The notes beneath the pieces are model-generated. The model was not told the DNA's origin, made no database searches, and worked only from the letters and a program-made list of their open reading frames with translations. Position numbers and translations under genes: made by a program. Of a stretch of 64,000 bases of DNA, positions 1 through 14,200 are shown piece after piece (within the stretch, counting starts at the first letter, position 1; the number at the start of each line of letters is the position of its first letter). The stretch spans positions 538,911-602,910 of the forward strand of contig NMRA01000032.1 in assembly GCA_002633005.1 (NCBI GenBank), given 5' to 3'. Source of the stretch: Phoronis australis. Its lineage: Eukaryota > Animalia > Phoronida.

Positions 1-774
1 GTGTGTGGACGACATGCTGTGGGAAGAGAAAGGAGTAACAAAGCTTGTCGATGTTGCGGCTTGAAGTGGCCTTGAAAATGACACTGAACATGGAAGAAAT
101 ATTGAAACATGAATAATTAAGTACGCCAGGTTGGATCAAAAATGTTGCCATTGTAACTGCTTTACAATTTCACACAAAATTAAATAATTACTATTTCTAG
201 AAAGCAAGGGTGTATACATGTATATTTATATAATAATTATTGATTTGTACAGAGCTGCGTCGTTATTTCTCATTCCTAGCCATAACAATGCTTTAAACGC
301 ATCACTTGTCTGCAAAATATGCAAGTTATTTGAGACAACTTTAAACCTTTGCTACTCATTTTCAACCCAATTTTGATACTTTCAGCAATTATAAACACCG
401 ATTACAGAATCATGGGACTGTCAAGCACACTTCTGGTCTAAGGCTGAGGGAACCGTTTCTCAGATTTTTTATTTTTCTTCTAATAGAGGATATGACATTT
501 CAAGGCTTGAGTTGAGACTGCTTAGTTGTTGAGAATTCAGAGAATGCAATATATTTTTACGCCTTTATAATGGATACCAAAACAGTTTCATGAAACGTGA
601 AACAACTTCATGAAGGTTAAGAATTACTTCACCATGCTCTTTCCCCCGAACACTATTACCTGTTATTTCCACACATTCAGTTGCTGCAACGCACGAAATT
701 TTACAACCCCAACACCCTATGCCAACCTCCCGTTAAGGACCTGAATAAGTAAATTAATAAAAAAACTTACATAC

Positions 775-983
775 CTTTCTTTAAAAATAGCTGACCATTT
801 TTCAGAGGCTTTGTTCTTTGTTTCCGATATAGAAAGTAGGGGCTTTGACAACAAATCTGCACTGGATAGAAAGATCTTCCTGGTTAACTGCGAGCAGTCA
901 ACTGCTTAAAACCAATTTTTGTCCATTCAGGGACGGTTGTAGAAGTAATGCATATCTCCTCTACACGGTACTAGCCCAAAAAC
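775..983 (-). other. Putative non-coding (5' UTR) exon of a minus-strand gene running off the left edge
   Basis: Minus strand shows TTTTTAG acceptor near 983 and AAAG|GTATGT donor near 775; only very short ORFs inside; further GTAAG/GTAAA donors near 1445 and 1323. Confidence 0.3.
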
Positions 984-1839
984 CTAAAAACCAAAGGTCA
1001 GGTGAAAACAGACATGATATATTTCCATGCCAACGTGTAATAGATTTCCGGACGACATGGGATAGGGAGTAAACAAATAGTCTAATGGATATTTGTCACG
1101 TACCCTTTGGGGCTTAATTTGGGCTTGGATTGTGATCTTACTTCTCTAACAAACATCGAGTTGACATCATAAACATTCAGCATTCATTGATATAGCTATT
1201 ACTGATAAACCTGTTTGAAATCATTCCAAACTTTAATAATACTGCTTTGATATACGAAAATATCCCGAATGCTACGTCAAGTATTGTAACGCACATCAGT
1301 CATCACAACAAACAATGATTTACCGACTGGCGACTGCAGCGAAGTCGACATCGTCCAGTACTTAAATTAACAAGTATCAGTATTGTAAACATGGAATAAT
1401 CGTTAAAATAATCACAAACCTTACTTTTGTATAAGGTCATGCTTACGTCCTCTCACAGAAGCACCCTTTTCACGCAATCTCAGGTTCAGTTGGCACGGCT
1501 GCAAGTCATTTCATCATGTATTTAAAGGGCTCGCGAAACCGAGGCTGCTTAATCTGTCATCACTAGTACAGGCGCGCCCTCTAGTAAGGTAAAGATTGTC
1601 GAATAGCCCCATTACTACACATTTTATCCCCCCTCATATTATGTGCCCCCATCGACAACCCCTCTCATTTTCTTGACCTTTCAAAGTCCACTGGTGTACT
1701 GACATCATCTTTATGTCCAGCACATTACCGCACTAACGACAGCTAGCCTGAACAGAGACAGTCCAAAATTAAGTAGTTTGCTCAAGGAACGTCACCAATT
1801 GACCTATACATGTAGCTAGGATTTTGAGTGACGGCTTAA

Positions 1840-1965
1840 CTGACCAATCAGAACGCAGCATTATTAACACATCTTCTTTTCCAAGCCGCCATTTTACCCG
1901 ACAAAAACACGTTGCCGGGTAAAACTTATGGTTTGTTTGTCGACTTTTCGCAAGGGGCGGAGCTT
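1840..1965. promoter_or_regulatory. Housekeeping-type promoter motif cluster (CCAAT box, YY1-like, GC box)
   Basis: GACCAATCAG ~1842, GCCGCCATTTT ~1885, GGGGCGGAGC ~1954 within 125 bp, upstream of the putative minus-strand UTR exons. Confidence 0.4.
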
Positions 1966-2918
1966 GCGATAGCTCCATTAGAAACATCGCCGACGTAAGG
2001 CATCAATGTCGATTGATAACGCGATTTCTAACCACAGCAATCATGTCAGGTAAAGCACCCTTCGAACCCAACACACTGAACAGCGTAGATCTCTGATAGG
2101 GTGCTATCGATTCACTTACGGCGAAACAAGTTTCGAAGTATTTGCACCCATGTAAAACGCCGTACAACAGCTACGTTTCGTACTAAATCTGACAACGGTA
2201 AACTTACCGAACATGGTGGTGGAAAAACATATATTTTCACGTAAGATGTCCTGATTATCCAGTAACAACATTCCCGACAATAAATTACTGGGGCAGTGGT
2301 CTGTCCCATTGTTTGAAATGTCGTCAATAAACGTGAAGACGACAACCCTTGGCTATTACTTGACAAACGACGGTCAAAACTTGTCTTGTAGCAGAGTAAT
2401 CATAAGTTGGCAAGAAATTTTCCAGCCCTCGTTTCTGGGACAGCGCACGGGACTCATGCATGAGTCATCATTCAATCTCATGTTGCTGCCAGTGTATCGA
2501 GTACTCCAGTGGTTCAAGAGTGGAAACTTAGACGTACACACCACACCCAAGTCGCCCATCAGAAGAGAACGGCGACAGTTCTAAATAAAATAGTGTACCA
2601 GCTTGGCGCTACTCGAATACGTGTTACGATTAGATAGCGCCGATTCAGCTTTAGTCTTGTGACACATTCTTTTTACTCAACATCACGAAAGGGTGTATTA
2701 AAAACCCCACATGTGAACGATAATGGGTACACTTTGGAGGCACGCACTGGAAAAAGTGTGCAACCAGCATGTCGATAGGTTGTGCTATGACCAGGACGCT
2801 GTCAAACAATAAAACGCATAGTGCAATTGGTCTTTTAAATCAAAGGATACCGACTGCGAAAGTCCGCTCAACCTACCTAGATACAACATTTGCATTTACA
2901 TGTAGGCTTATCTGAGAC

Positions 2919-3065
2919 CAGGGGCGGATCCAAGATTTTGGGTTGGGGGAAGGGCAGTCATTATTTTTCCCGTCAGACATTAGCACCCCCGAACTGCCAA
3001 ATGGAATCTGGGAGAATTTTAGCGGGGAGGTTTGGCGCCATTGCCCCCCCCCAAATCCACCACTG
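2919..3065. mobile_element. MITE, CAGGGGCGGATCC...TCC(A/G)CCA(C/T)TG family
   Basis: Terminal inverted repeats; internal sequence (CAGACATT.GCAC...GAACTGCC.AATGG.ATCTGGGAGAATTTTAG) shared with copies at 61223-61380 and ~61645-61802; flanks GAGAC/GAGAT resemble a 5-bp TSD. Confidence 0.75.
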
Positions 3066-3380
3066 GAGATATTAAAAATATACCTGAACATACAAGGTAA
3101 GTGGGCACGCGATAAACACAGGAGTCAACTCATGGTTCCAGGTTTTGCACGCAGTCTTTTGTCACTGAACAACCGTGGTGCTCGCATAGGCCTATGTGGT
3201 TTTCACACACCGCAGAAGTGTGGCTTTAAGCCTTCGCTTGTCAGGTCTTGTCGTATGCTTTGAGTATGGCCTTGCAAACTCAGACATCGCTTCCCATCTG
3301 ACTAAGAACGAGTTTAGATCAGTTTTATGGCGATGAACCTACTTGATTAAGAACACTTCAGCTTTTGCCGTCACATTGTA

Positions 3381-3464
3381 GCATGGCATTGGACTTTTAA
3401 GTCCAATGCCATGCCAGTTACTCAGTTAAACAATTTTAAAAAATTGTTTAACTGAGTAACTGGC
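3381..3464. repeat. Two abutting perfect palindromes
   Basis: GCATGGCATTGGACTT-TT-AAGTCCAATGCCATGC (3381-3414) and GCCAGTTACTCAGTTAAACAATTTT-AA-AAAATTGTTTAACTGAGTAACTGGC (3413-3464). Confidence 0.9.
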
Positions 3465-5224
3465 TAATCCTAGTTTGCGCTTGATAGCCCCAGTATTAAA
3501 GGAGTAAGTTAGAGTATGAACTCGAAATATCGAGTTTTTGGTCGAGTTAGTAGCTGAAATCGAGGTGTAATCAAATGCAAATTTAGACTAGAAACTCTTC
3601 TGAGTAAATGAAACCAATTGCGATTTTTGTGACATACATGTATACGCAGTCTCGTGGAAGAACAATATTTGATTAAAGAATCGGCGAAAGAAATTATCCA
3701 GTAGCTTGTTTTATTTCAAAGCGCTATGCATAGCTTGTGTCACATTTTATTTGGCCATTTTTTACTCACATCGATCCAAATGTGTATATTTCTATCGCTT
3801 TGAACTCAGGCTTAAGCCCATCCTATCCTCGGTACTCAAAGCTGTGAAAATATACAACTTTGCACCAATGTAAGAAAAAGGGGTAAGTAAACTCTGATTC
3901 AGAGCTAATGCCATCAAAAACCAGTGAACTCTTCGACTGAATCAAAGGTTGCGGATGTTTACAAATTCACCGTTGTAGACCTACCGTTATACTACTGCTA
4001 AGCTTGCGAAGCGAATAGGACACGTCAGCTTTTGTTTCAGTGCCATGAAATAAGACGCCACCTATTGGCCACTTCCTTTTTTCGCGGAATCGGATTCTGC
4101 AATTGGCTTTTCTCTTTCGAAAAGGTTACGAACAGTTCGCAACAAATTACAGGAATGGGCTCCATTTCGTAAAAAGCTTTTTTTTGCATTTCAATACCTG
4201 CAAACCCTACTTCTCAGCAAATTTTGCTTCAGCGAAGCTCTCATCTGGCAAATGGTGTGTGTATAATAGCGTGTTACGAACGTACCTTTTTCAGGAGAAT
4301 GACGATAGAAACTGACATTCAATGAATTGATTTTTATTTAAACCGACGACTGAAACGGGCAAAGTGAATGTCGGTTGATCCCCATGTGTTGCATGCACCC
4401 GTCCGGTTATTCGCTATACATGTTGATACATGTATAACTTTCACCACCAGATGGCGAGCAAAACAACCCGCGCGGTGTGAAATTTCGTCGTCTATATTAC
4501 GGTCAGCACACGGCCACTCATAAACAATGCATCAGCTCAAACAAAACTGAAGATACGTCGAAATGAATTTCACAGATTCTATGAAATAGACATAAGGAAT
4601 TGCAAGTGTGTGGGCAAAAATATTGATAGAATCTACTAATACCAACCGTTAGGTTTTTTTGGCATCATAAGCTGTCTTGCTCGATTATATTTGAGTTATT
4701 CTAATATTTTTTGTAACAGCTACGAATCAAATAGTCTGCCGTCTTATGCTCATAGGTTTTGACCTAATGACACCACATTATAATTATTAGCGACCCGAAT
4801 TCCAGCCAATGAGCCAAGTCAATGCCTTAGCTCACGAGTTCACCGCTAAGTGAAAAATGAAAATGGCGAATTGGCAAGCAAACAGCGAAATGTTCACTCT
4901 TCATAAGAATTTCCGTCTAGTTAAATAAATATTCAATGTACAAATCGAGAGTGCAATTTTCGTCATACTAAATTATGTACAACCTCAAATCCATGTTTGG
5001 ATTTAGGACTGGTTTTTCCACTAAGCGATTCCCAGGTGTGAAGTGTAACGTCAGCTTTCATATAACTAGCCTTCTTCCGACTATCTTTACTTGCCAAAAA
5101 TTCATTTACTGGTCCAATCTTCAAACGTATCTCCGATCACCGTCGTTATCGCTTGCGTTGCAGGGCGAAGGTAGCATGACTTATCACTTGTCAACCAAGG
5201 ACAAGTTGTGTACGTTCATCAAAG

Positions 5225-5279
5225 ATGGCTGGTCTTGCAAGAGCCGTTCTGTTTGTATTGGCTGCATCTCAAGTCCAAG
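5225..5279 (+). CDS. Gene 1 exon 1: signal peptide [19 protein letters not shown]
   Basis: AAAGATGG start context, hydrophobic core, CAAG|GTGAGA phase-1 donor matching exon 2; TATAA at 5061. Confidence 0.7.
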
Positions 5280-8200
5280 GTGAGAAACTACTCTCAAAAG
5301 TTAGTAACTGTTTCGTAGTAATACATGCCAAACATTTAGATACATTTTTTATCTAAGTGAAGTTCGGGACAATCTTTAGAATCAGCACGTATGGAAAAGA
5401 CGACATATTTCGGTGTATTGTCTATAAACCATTCTCAAAACAAGGGAAAAAAGTTCACAATAGTCCAATCAGGTGACACAGGTGGAGAAACAGACTGCAC
5501 AGGTACACGTCAAAATACATTGGGAGGGAAGAGACCAGAAATAAAAACAGTTGAACCTCAAATGGACCGATGTGATAGCGCTCAGCATGATTCAACCGTA
5601 TATTTATAGCCTCCTTCATGAGGAGCCGGAGGTTGACATTATCGTTGTCCAAGATCTAAACACCAGACATTTTATAATGCGACCAGTTGTCAATGAATGG
5701 TTAAGAACAGCACTGTGTCGATCAATATGTCGTTTTTACATATGCGCTGATTTTAAAGTTCGTACTCATATTTTGGCAAAAAACAAATGTGAACTTCGGG
5801 ACATTTCAAATACTGCCTCGCCATCTCTCTAAACAATTTGACTCTAAGGCGCACATATAGGGCCCAGCATATAATGTTTGAACGCAGTCTAAACCAATCA
5901 CGTTGCATTATTCGAGTGCAACTTGGTTAACTTAACTCGAATCGTGCGACACAAATGGTCAGTTTTAGAGTAGAATTTTGATTACAAAGAGTTACACCGG
6001 GCCCGAATGTTTTTACAAATATTTGGAATACGGCAGATTATACTGTAGGAGGACGCTCCAGTGTTATTTTTGATTAAAATAGCTAAGGTCTAGTTAACCC
6101 AGTCTTCATTGCCCATACTTTAAATATTGAAATGAATTGAAAAATGCCCCTAAACTAGGTTGAGAAACCAAAAATTCTCGTATTCACGGTTCAAGGAATG
6201 GTAGGTTTGTAGTTGATCTTAAATCATGATGTTTCTATTCATGAAAAATTACAAAATGAGACACCGATCTTTGTACAGGTTTTTTAGTCTAAACCCCTAG
6301 CTCAACATTTCCTTGATCATAAGTTTAATAATCTTTCGATGTCGTCTGAAGTTAAGTCCTGCTTTGCAAAAATGAAGATCACAGACGATAGCCCAGTGTG
6401 AGCCAAATCTCTGTCTGCGAACAATAGTTGTCTGCTTGGCATTTTGTGGGCGTTAGCATAGCCTCAGGAAAAAGGAGGGCTTTAAAACAGACGACTCCAC
6501 CAAAAACTGATTTCAAGCCATATTCATTGGTGGAAGAATTCATTTTGCCAAGAAAGCCAGTCCATCTTCTGATTGGCGATTGGCGAGTGAAAACTACACC
6601 AATAACCATTGAATAGATAGAAATAAAAACTCTAAATTCTAATTTTGTCAAAAGTGCAACAACATTTGTTTAGGCAACTTCTGATGGTAGAATATCATAT
6701 TTTCCACAAATGCACCACTCTTAATCTTCAAGATTTATTTTCTCTATGGATGGCATCAAGTGGTCTTCTGCTCTTTAGTTTTAAAACATTCTCTTGCGGA
6801 CTGCCCTGCGCCGGAGAACAGTGACAAAATTGTGACTAAGCTAACACGTAAATATACTGTTTCTGTTTGGCCGCAAATACTTCGAGACGTCGTGTTCAAT
6901 GAAGTCAGCAGTACCTTTTAATGGAATACTTAATAAGGACTCAAAATTCGCTAAGTGAAATAAGGGACCTTCCCGTACAAATACCTGAAATCAGGTATTC
7001 AACATCCCTGCTAGAGGCTGCTGAACTGGAGTGCGTTTCGGAGACCGAGCGGTTTCTTGCGAAAAGAGCAATAGTATTCAAAACCTTGCGAAATCATCCC
7101 CATTGAAAAGTGAAGTTTTGCGAGATAGGGTCTATGCTCGGGAGCTTTCTAGCCGGTTCTAGCAAAATGGGGTCCAATGAAGTGATTGGCCAACTAAGAT
7201 AAGATGTTGAATAACGGGAATTTAGCCCTGGGCTGCGTTCCATAGTATTCAAGATATTAGCTTGTGTTTGCTTCGAAAAAATCTTTTAAGATGGAAGTAA
7301 TGAAATCAAACCCCCAATTCAGCATTCCAACCTCACCGACCAATCACTTCAGTGGCCGCCATTTTGTTAAGATGGTCTTGTAAGCTCTGGAGGAGACTTG
7401 CCAAACACCTGCCTTTCACTCGCGAGATTTTGCATGGTAATTCAACATCTTGCCTTTCTGGTGAAAAACTTTGCTCTAGAGATCGCTACCATGCATTTTG
7501 CTCTTTTTCTCTTACTCTATTCAGCTTTAGTTATTAGCGCCACCTGGAGAATATCGAATCGCCCAACACCAATAGGGACGGTGCTTCTTATTTGATTGCC
7601 GTTTGCTACCTTGCATCAGTCAATTTTGCAGCACGGACCCGTGAAATGTGAATATGGTCAAACAAGTTTGTATATATAGATTATTACATGGCGAAGTCGT
7701 TATCCCACGTTATCTAGAGCCCGAGTGGATTTTGGTGAATTATCGCACATATACCACATAATAAACGAGAAACATTGCAATGAATCGATTTACCTTTTCT
7801 GACTCTCCACGGCTTTGTAACTACTTTCTATGTCAGAGGCCCGGGGTCAGAGGTCGTGACCTTTTAAGAAAAGCCCGGCTATTTTTGTCAAATAATGCTT
7901 GTACTCAACACCAATTGAAAACTTAAATATTATAGAAATAAATTGAATTTATAAATTAAGGTTTACCAACTATTATAGCTTAAAACACGTTTTTTTCACG
8001 CTAAGCTTCGACCGGGAAATTATCGTCTGCTAAAGTAGGTTACCACTGGTAACTGAATATAATTCTCAAGTCAAAGATCCTGACGACACGATACCCGCAT
8101 TCAAAGTAGAGATCGGTGATTTACAAGTAAGAGGACATGAGAGAAAAATTTCACCGAATTAAGATATCATTTTTATGAAAATTATGTATCTTATTTTTCG

Positions 8201-11200
8201 TAGCGTATAAGTACAGTACAATGCGGTTTGTTGAACGTGCGATTAGTGCGCGTGCTCATTTAAGTATTCTATTTTCACTCTTGATGACGTCAGTCGCTGC
8301 GTGGTGTAGTGGTAAAGTCGGCGACCAGCAATATTAGGGTCCCGGGTTCGACCCCGTCCTCGGTTTCCCGCCAAATCGTTATCAGGGCAAGTAGTTTCAG
8401 TTAGGTTATAATTTACACATTTATCCCTACTTTCTCCCAATTAGGCGACTGCTTGCCGGGATGGAAAGCGACATCTGATGGCAAGTGCTACCTGTTCAGC
8501 CACTCCCCGAAAAGTGCGGAAGACGCCAAACGCGCATGTGATGCAAATGGTGGTCATCTAGCAATATTTGAAACTGAAGAAGAAAATTCACGAGTACAGG
8601 CACTTGGAATTACGTAAGCTTTGTTTTCGACTATTTGGTTCAGAAAGCTCCCAGTCCAGGCTCCCTGGTCATAACTTATATCCCCATTAAGATTTGATTG
8701 GAAGACCCTTTTACTACATGTCAACTTCAACCTGTTCTTCGTGTTAGGGGACTCCCTCAGGTCTTCTCTGGTTCCTAAAAGTGTTCGTTATTTTATTGGT
8801 AAACCAACATGATGCATGAGTAATTCCTAGTGGTTGTGTTCACACGACGGCAAAAAATATTGTAAGGTACAAGCGGTGCTCTTGTAGAAGCCGTTTTACA
8901 CTTTTACGATGGGAATAAGACATGTTAGTGTGATTACTGTTTTAGGATTGGCTCCAACCAATACTTTGTCAACCTGAGAGGCGTCAATACTAAGAACAAT
9001 CCTAAGTTTGGGCGCTGGCGCTGGGCAGGCGAACGAGAAAGCTCGTGGAAGATTCCGATTGGCTCCACAAAACGATCATCAAAAGTTCGTGGCAACATGG
9101 CCTCAGATGAATGCGCCATGCTAAACTGTATCAAAGGAATACAGTGCGTATATCAAGCTGTGTCGTGCTCTAATGTTCACGGGTTCCTATGCGAATTCGG
9201 TAAGTGCGCAACTCATAATAGCACTGCAACCATCAGGGATTTGTTCGATAAGTTGTTTCTGGTTATTGCGGAAATCATGTTATCTGTACAGTGACAGACT
9301 TGTGGTTTTAGATTCAAGACATGTCTGGTGTCATTAGAGAAAATTTCAAGTTTTATTGAAACAGTTTAAAACTGTGATACGGTAGCGACATACACTATAT
9401 TGTTATGTAGGGTATCCCAAAAGTGTTGACATTTTAGTTTTAATGAGCACCCATTGTACCTAGAGACATGGACATTCACGAAATTGATACTTGAAACGAT
9501 ACTCGAATTCTTCGTATGTCATTTCTGAGCGCTCATAAAAATCATGAAGTTCTTTTAGAATATGGGTGTTCATAAGGTGTTTTACCCATTTTCCCCGCTG
9601 AAATATGCAATGAACAAACTTTGTTTAATTTGTTATTGGAAACAAGCAAAGAAATGGATGGAGATGAGCACGTTTATTCAAAAGTTTTTTATTAAATCTA
9701 ATTTCACTCCCTCGCAGCAACACGATCCACGATCGGTATGGCAATTAAAATCGCGTCCTTCCCATGTCGCATTTTTTTCGTAGAGTGTTAACTTATCTGT
9801 GACTTGGAGCTTGGATATGTAGATATGTTAGCCCTAAAGCCTGGATGGTTTGTGCAAGTGATCAGATACGAAAAAAATTGCACTTCAACCACGATTACAT
9901 GGATGTGATTTCTTGCACCCGGGAGGATATCCCATTCAAAGGTTTTAACTCATTTGCATAATACCGTTATAATTCCCCCCTCCCTGACAAAAGTACGTGA
10001 GCACTTATTCGGATTACGAGCTTCCCCCAGTTACTAAATCGTACATCTTTGCAGTAGCACTTCAGAGCTGACAAATGAACAAACTCACTCCTGGTGTGTG
10101 CATTTCCGAAATTCACTGAAATAACCTTTCGATATATTTATATTTTTGGAATTAATGTACAAGAGAAATACTAGTCAATATGTACAAGCATTTATATCAG
10201 ACTGTTATACTTTAGGGACACTTTGTATATTTATACACATTTTAGTGCCGCATCAGGTATTATCACGAATCAATAGGATTCGACGTACCATCCTACCAGA
10301 CCTTGTAGTAATAGTCAAGCTTTAAGATTATTAGTAATACTTGGACGTTAAATTTATCGTGTGACACCGGGTTAACTGGGAGGAGAAAGAGTTAAGTTTT
10401 GAAAAATGATTACCTAGTGATTTACGTTTGTACCATGTCGCTCACAATGTGCTCATAATGCAGGTAAGTGCAAAACAAACGATTGTAGTACAATCGAGTG
10501 CCAGAGTGGATTCAGTGGTCCAGCGTGTGACGTCAACATCGACGACTGTTCTCCCAATCCTTGTCAGAATGGCGGCAAATGCAAGGATGGTCTTGACGAC
10601 TTCACGTGCACTTGCCCGTCTGGATACGCGGGAAAAGACTGCAGTGTCAACATCAATGATTGCGACCCCACACCTTGTAAGAACGGAGGGACATGCATTG
10701 ATGGCGTAGCGAGTTACAAATGCATGTGTCAACCAGGTGAGGATCACGTTATATATATATATATGTATTACCTGCCATTCGTGTGTGTTGGCACCAAATT
10801 TTCGTACTTTGCCAAAAAGCCACAAAGCTGTTATTTTTTACGACTTATAGAATTTTTTATTGCAGATAAGAGATGAATTAATTTTGAAAAATGTTGATCT
10901 TGCGTTGAGTTTGTTTATTTTAGCGTTTGATATTAGCGCGCAACACCAAGGCTTGGAACCAAATCTTCTTGCTCAAAATCGAACTCGAAATTATTTTTGA
11001 GCATGTTTCGTTGTACGAACTCAAGATAAGTGTCTATTATTCTTTGCTCGAATACACACTGCCTTACGTACAATAATATTGGTTTGCACTTGACATCAGC
11101 TTTAAAGTCCTAGAAGCACACGTTTTTAACCCTTATTAAACGGTTAGAAGGCATTACAAGGAACCACGCAGTACTTATTCCATAACCAACACACAATCCG

Positions 11201-14200
11201 TAGTCGAAGAAAGTTTAAATAAACGCGTAATTCACGATTCCGACCCTAAGATCACACCGCCATTTTGAACTAACCGCGATACCGGAAGTACAATTCATTC
11301 AGGAACCCAGGCTTAGTATACGCCGTCTGTGCGACTGGAGCAGGGTCTGTTACCAGCCTGCAAACGGGGATAAAATAATCGGCAGCGGACCTCAGCTTTA
11401 ATAAAACCAAAATATAGAAAATTTGTACTGAAAATGTTAATAAAATATGGCAAAATGAATTTTGACAAATTATTTTGCCGGGCTCGGACTTTCAGCCGAT
11501 GACCCGGTGCAGACCGATCGAGACCACTCGCACTGACAAAATACGAAGGCATGCCGTCCCCGGCTGTTTTATCGGAATAAATGGTTCAAATCATGAATTC
11601 CGTATACATACAAAGATAGTTTCCGACACTTGTATAAAATTACGGACTAGTAACAGTCCTGCGCCAACGATTGAATAACAACTGGTGCCGCCGGGTATGG
11701 CGCATGAGGCTAGGCTAAGCGTGTTTTACTGGGTTTAATTAACTCTGGTAAACAAACAGCATAAGCAGAACAACGAACATGCAACATCAAATTATTGAAT
11801 AAAATTGCTATACAGTTAGAATATTCTGACAGTTGGCTTGCGAAAATGTGGAAAATAAATTTAGACGAGACTTAATTCGCTACTGCCGGCGGCTGACAAA
11901 TACCATTTGGTGGCGAAATAGCTTCAGGTAGAAAACTTGCCATGGTGCCAAAGTGGTATAATATAAGTATTAATAAGTTTAAATTAAAAGAAATAATTTT
12001 CACTTAGCCAGAAACATTCGTATACGCTGCTAGCCGGCGGAGCCGGACCGCCTGGCTTGCCGTGCGCCGGCAGACATCTGTGCTCCGCAGGGCAAGATGA
12101 AAACGGACTCGCAACCAGACCACGGCGCGCGCCACAATAGCAATTCTTCGGAAAAAGAATTTTTTTCAAAAATATTACAAGTACATGTACACTGTATTAA
12201 ATTGCGCAAGACAACTTTACTATAGGCCTACACCAGTCAAATTCGAGTTACAAACGTGTGGAGTGTAATAGAATTACACGGCATGACAGATGAGGTAAAA
12301 AAGTTGCACGTCAATTCGCCTGAATATCAGGGTTGCGGCACCACGGTATTTCCCCTAACCAAATCAAAACATATGTTAGAGTAAAGAAACTAGTTACCTA
12401 AAGAAATCAGCTATAGAACTGCTCTTTCAGCGGTGGATCCATCTAAAATGCTTGGCTACTTCAGAAATGTCGACGGAAACGCGCGCACAATTGATCTCCG
12501 CGCGTTTTCCCGATGAGCCACGAAGACTCAGCAATTCACAATGCAAAACATAAATTTTCAGAGTGAACCCCCCCCTCAATGTTTTCCAAGTTGGCTTACT
12601 TGGGGCTTACACACGCTGGCGGTGCCGTTTTTGTTTTGCTGAAGACGTTTTTTTTTATTTTCGGGTCCTGGCCCAAGGGGGGGTTTAAACCCCCTGACCC
12701 CCCGTAGATCCGCCACTGATTCCCATCGCCGACATTCAGCTCAGTGACTAAAATTCACTACACTCTCCTCCGCTCCGGTTTGCGGCGCGGAATTTTTATA
12801 TTTAGACAACAGTGGTATATATTGTAAGTTTGTTTTTGTGAGGTTTGAAAATGTATTTTCCCTGATAATTGAAAATCAAAGCCACTTTAGCAAGTGATTA
12901 TCAGTTCCCGGCGAAGAGTCACGGCGACTGCAGGCCGGGGAATTACTTCACTGGTTACGTGTGTCCCGGCAGCAATATCAAGCACAGATGTGGAGCTCAC
13001 TATTTTGAGATAAAACTTGTTTTTGTTTGTCTAAACATCGCCGTATGTGGATGCTTTTTTCGATCTTACATTTTTAAACGGCCAGTAAAGCCGGTGCCGA
13101 TTTGCTGCCAATTACGCACTGCGCTCACACGTCCGGGTAGTCACCGTGACACCACAATTGCTCAATTCAGGCTGGTACTTTGCATCAATTTCAAGACATT
13201 TGTTGATCAAGAAACTTTTTTCATCTAATTTATTACCTAAACGGTTACTGTTGCTAATTTGATGTACCCTCGCGATGAATCAGGACTGACCTCAGTAGCC
13301 GAGCGTAGGATACGCCGGAGACTTTGTGACGGTTCTTCAAACTTATGATTATGCATTTAATACCATTCGTCATATGCAAAGAGCAGGTAAAATCAAGGCA
13401 ATAATTAAATAATCAAGTTTATATAAAAAGAGTCAAACAAAGTAACAACGCATTTACGCTCACTGTGATGTTAATACGTTTTCAATGACAACATGGCTGG
13501 CATTCCGGAATCGTTCCTGAACTAACAGACAGGAACTCAAGTCACGGAAATAGACGGAAATTGTCGATGATTTTCCGATCTCGGCCGAGGTACAAAACTA
13601 TGCTAAAGAGGCTTTTAGTTTGATAACAGAAGGGATGTGCTATGTTACATATTACTTAATTTGCTATATATTTTTGATTTTATGAATTAAAATGCCCTTT
13701 AAGATATAGGACTTTAATGATAACGGTTCGAGTCTGAACTCGAAATTTCGAGTTTTTCTCGAAATGTCGAGATTTTACTAGAGTTTTTAACACAAACGTA
13801 AGGTCATCAAGTGCAAACTTGACATGGAAGCACATATGCATACACCATAATGTATTAGATCACGGGCTATGGCAAGTAGAACAAAAGAATAAAAAAATAA
13901 TTATTTCGAGTTCGATTTTGAGTAGAAAGATTAAACCCCGTCCCCAAATTTCAAATGACGTCACACTTAACAACAAGAAAATCATTGTTAAAATCTCTTG
14001 GTCTATTTACACTAACCTCTTGTCTATTTACATTGTCACGACGTTTCGGTCGGTCTATTCTACGGCCATCGTCAGGTGTTCCTGCGTTCTTAGAAAAACG
14101 GGCACAGATATGTAGAACACTCATCATGGTGTGATTTTTTGATTATAATTTGTCCGAGGAAGGATTTGAACCCACGACTTCTTGAATTACAGATATTTGA

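Noticed and set aside
7490-7595. [17 protein letters not shown] as signal-peptide exon of gene 1
   Set aside because: No suitable phase-1 donor before the stop; exon 5225-5279 fits exactly.
8296-8365. Functional tRNA gene
   Set aside because: A and B boxes present but the cloverleaf stems do not pair.
12869-13228. Cys-containing 119-aa ORF as an extra exon in intron 4
   Set aside because: No EGF spacing, lies among repeat-like sequence, and exons 4 and 5 join seamlessly mid-EGF (CQP-GFMG).
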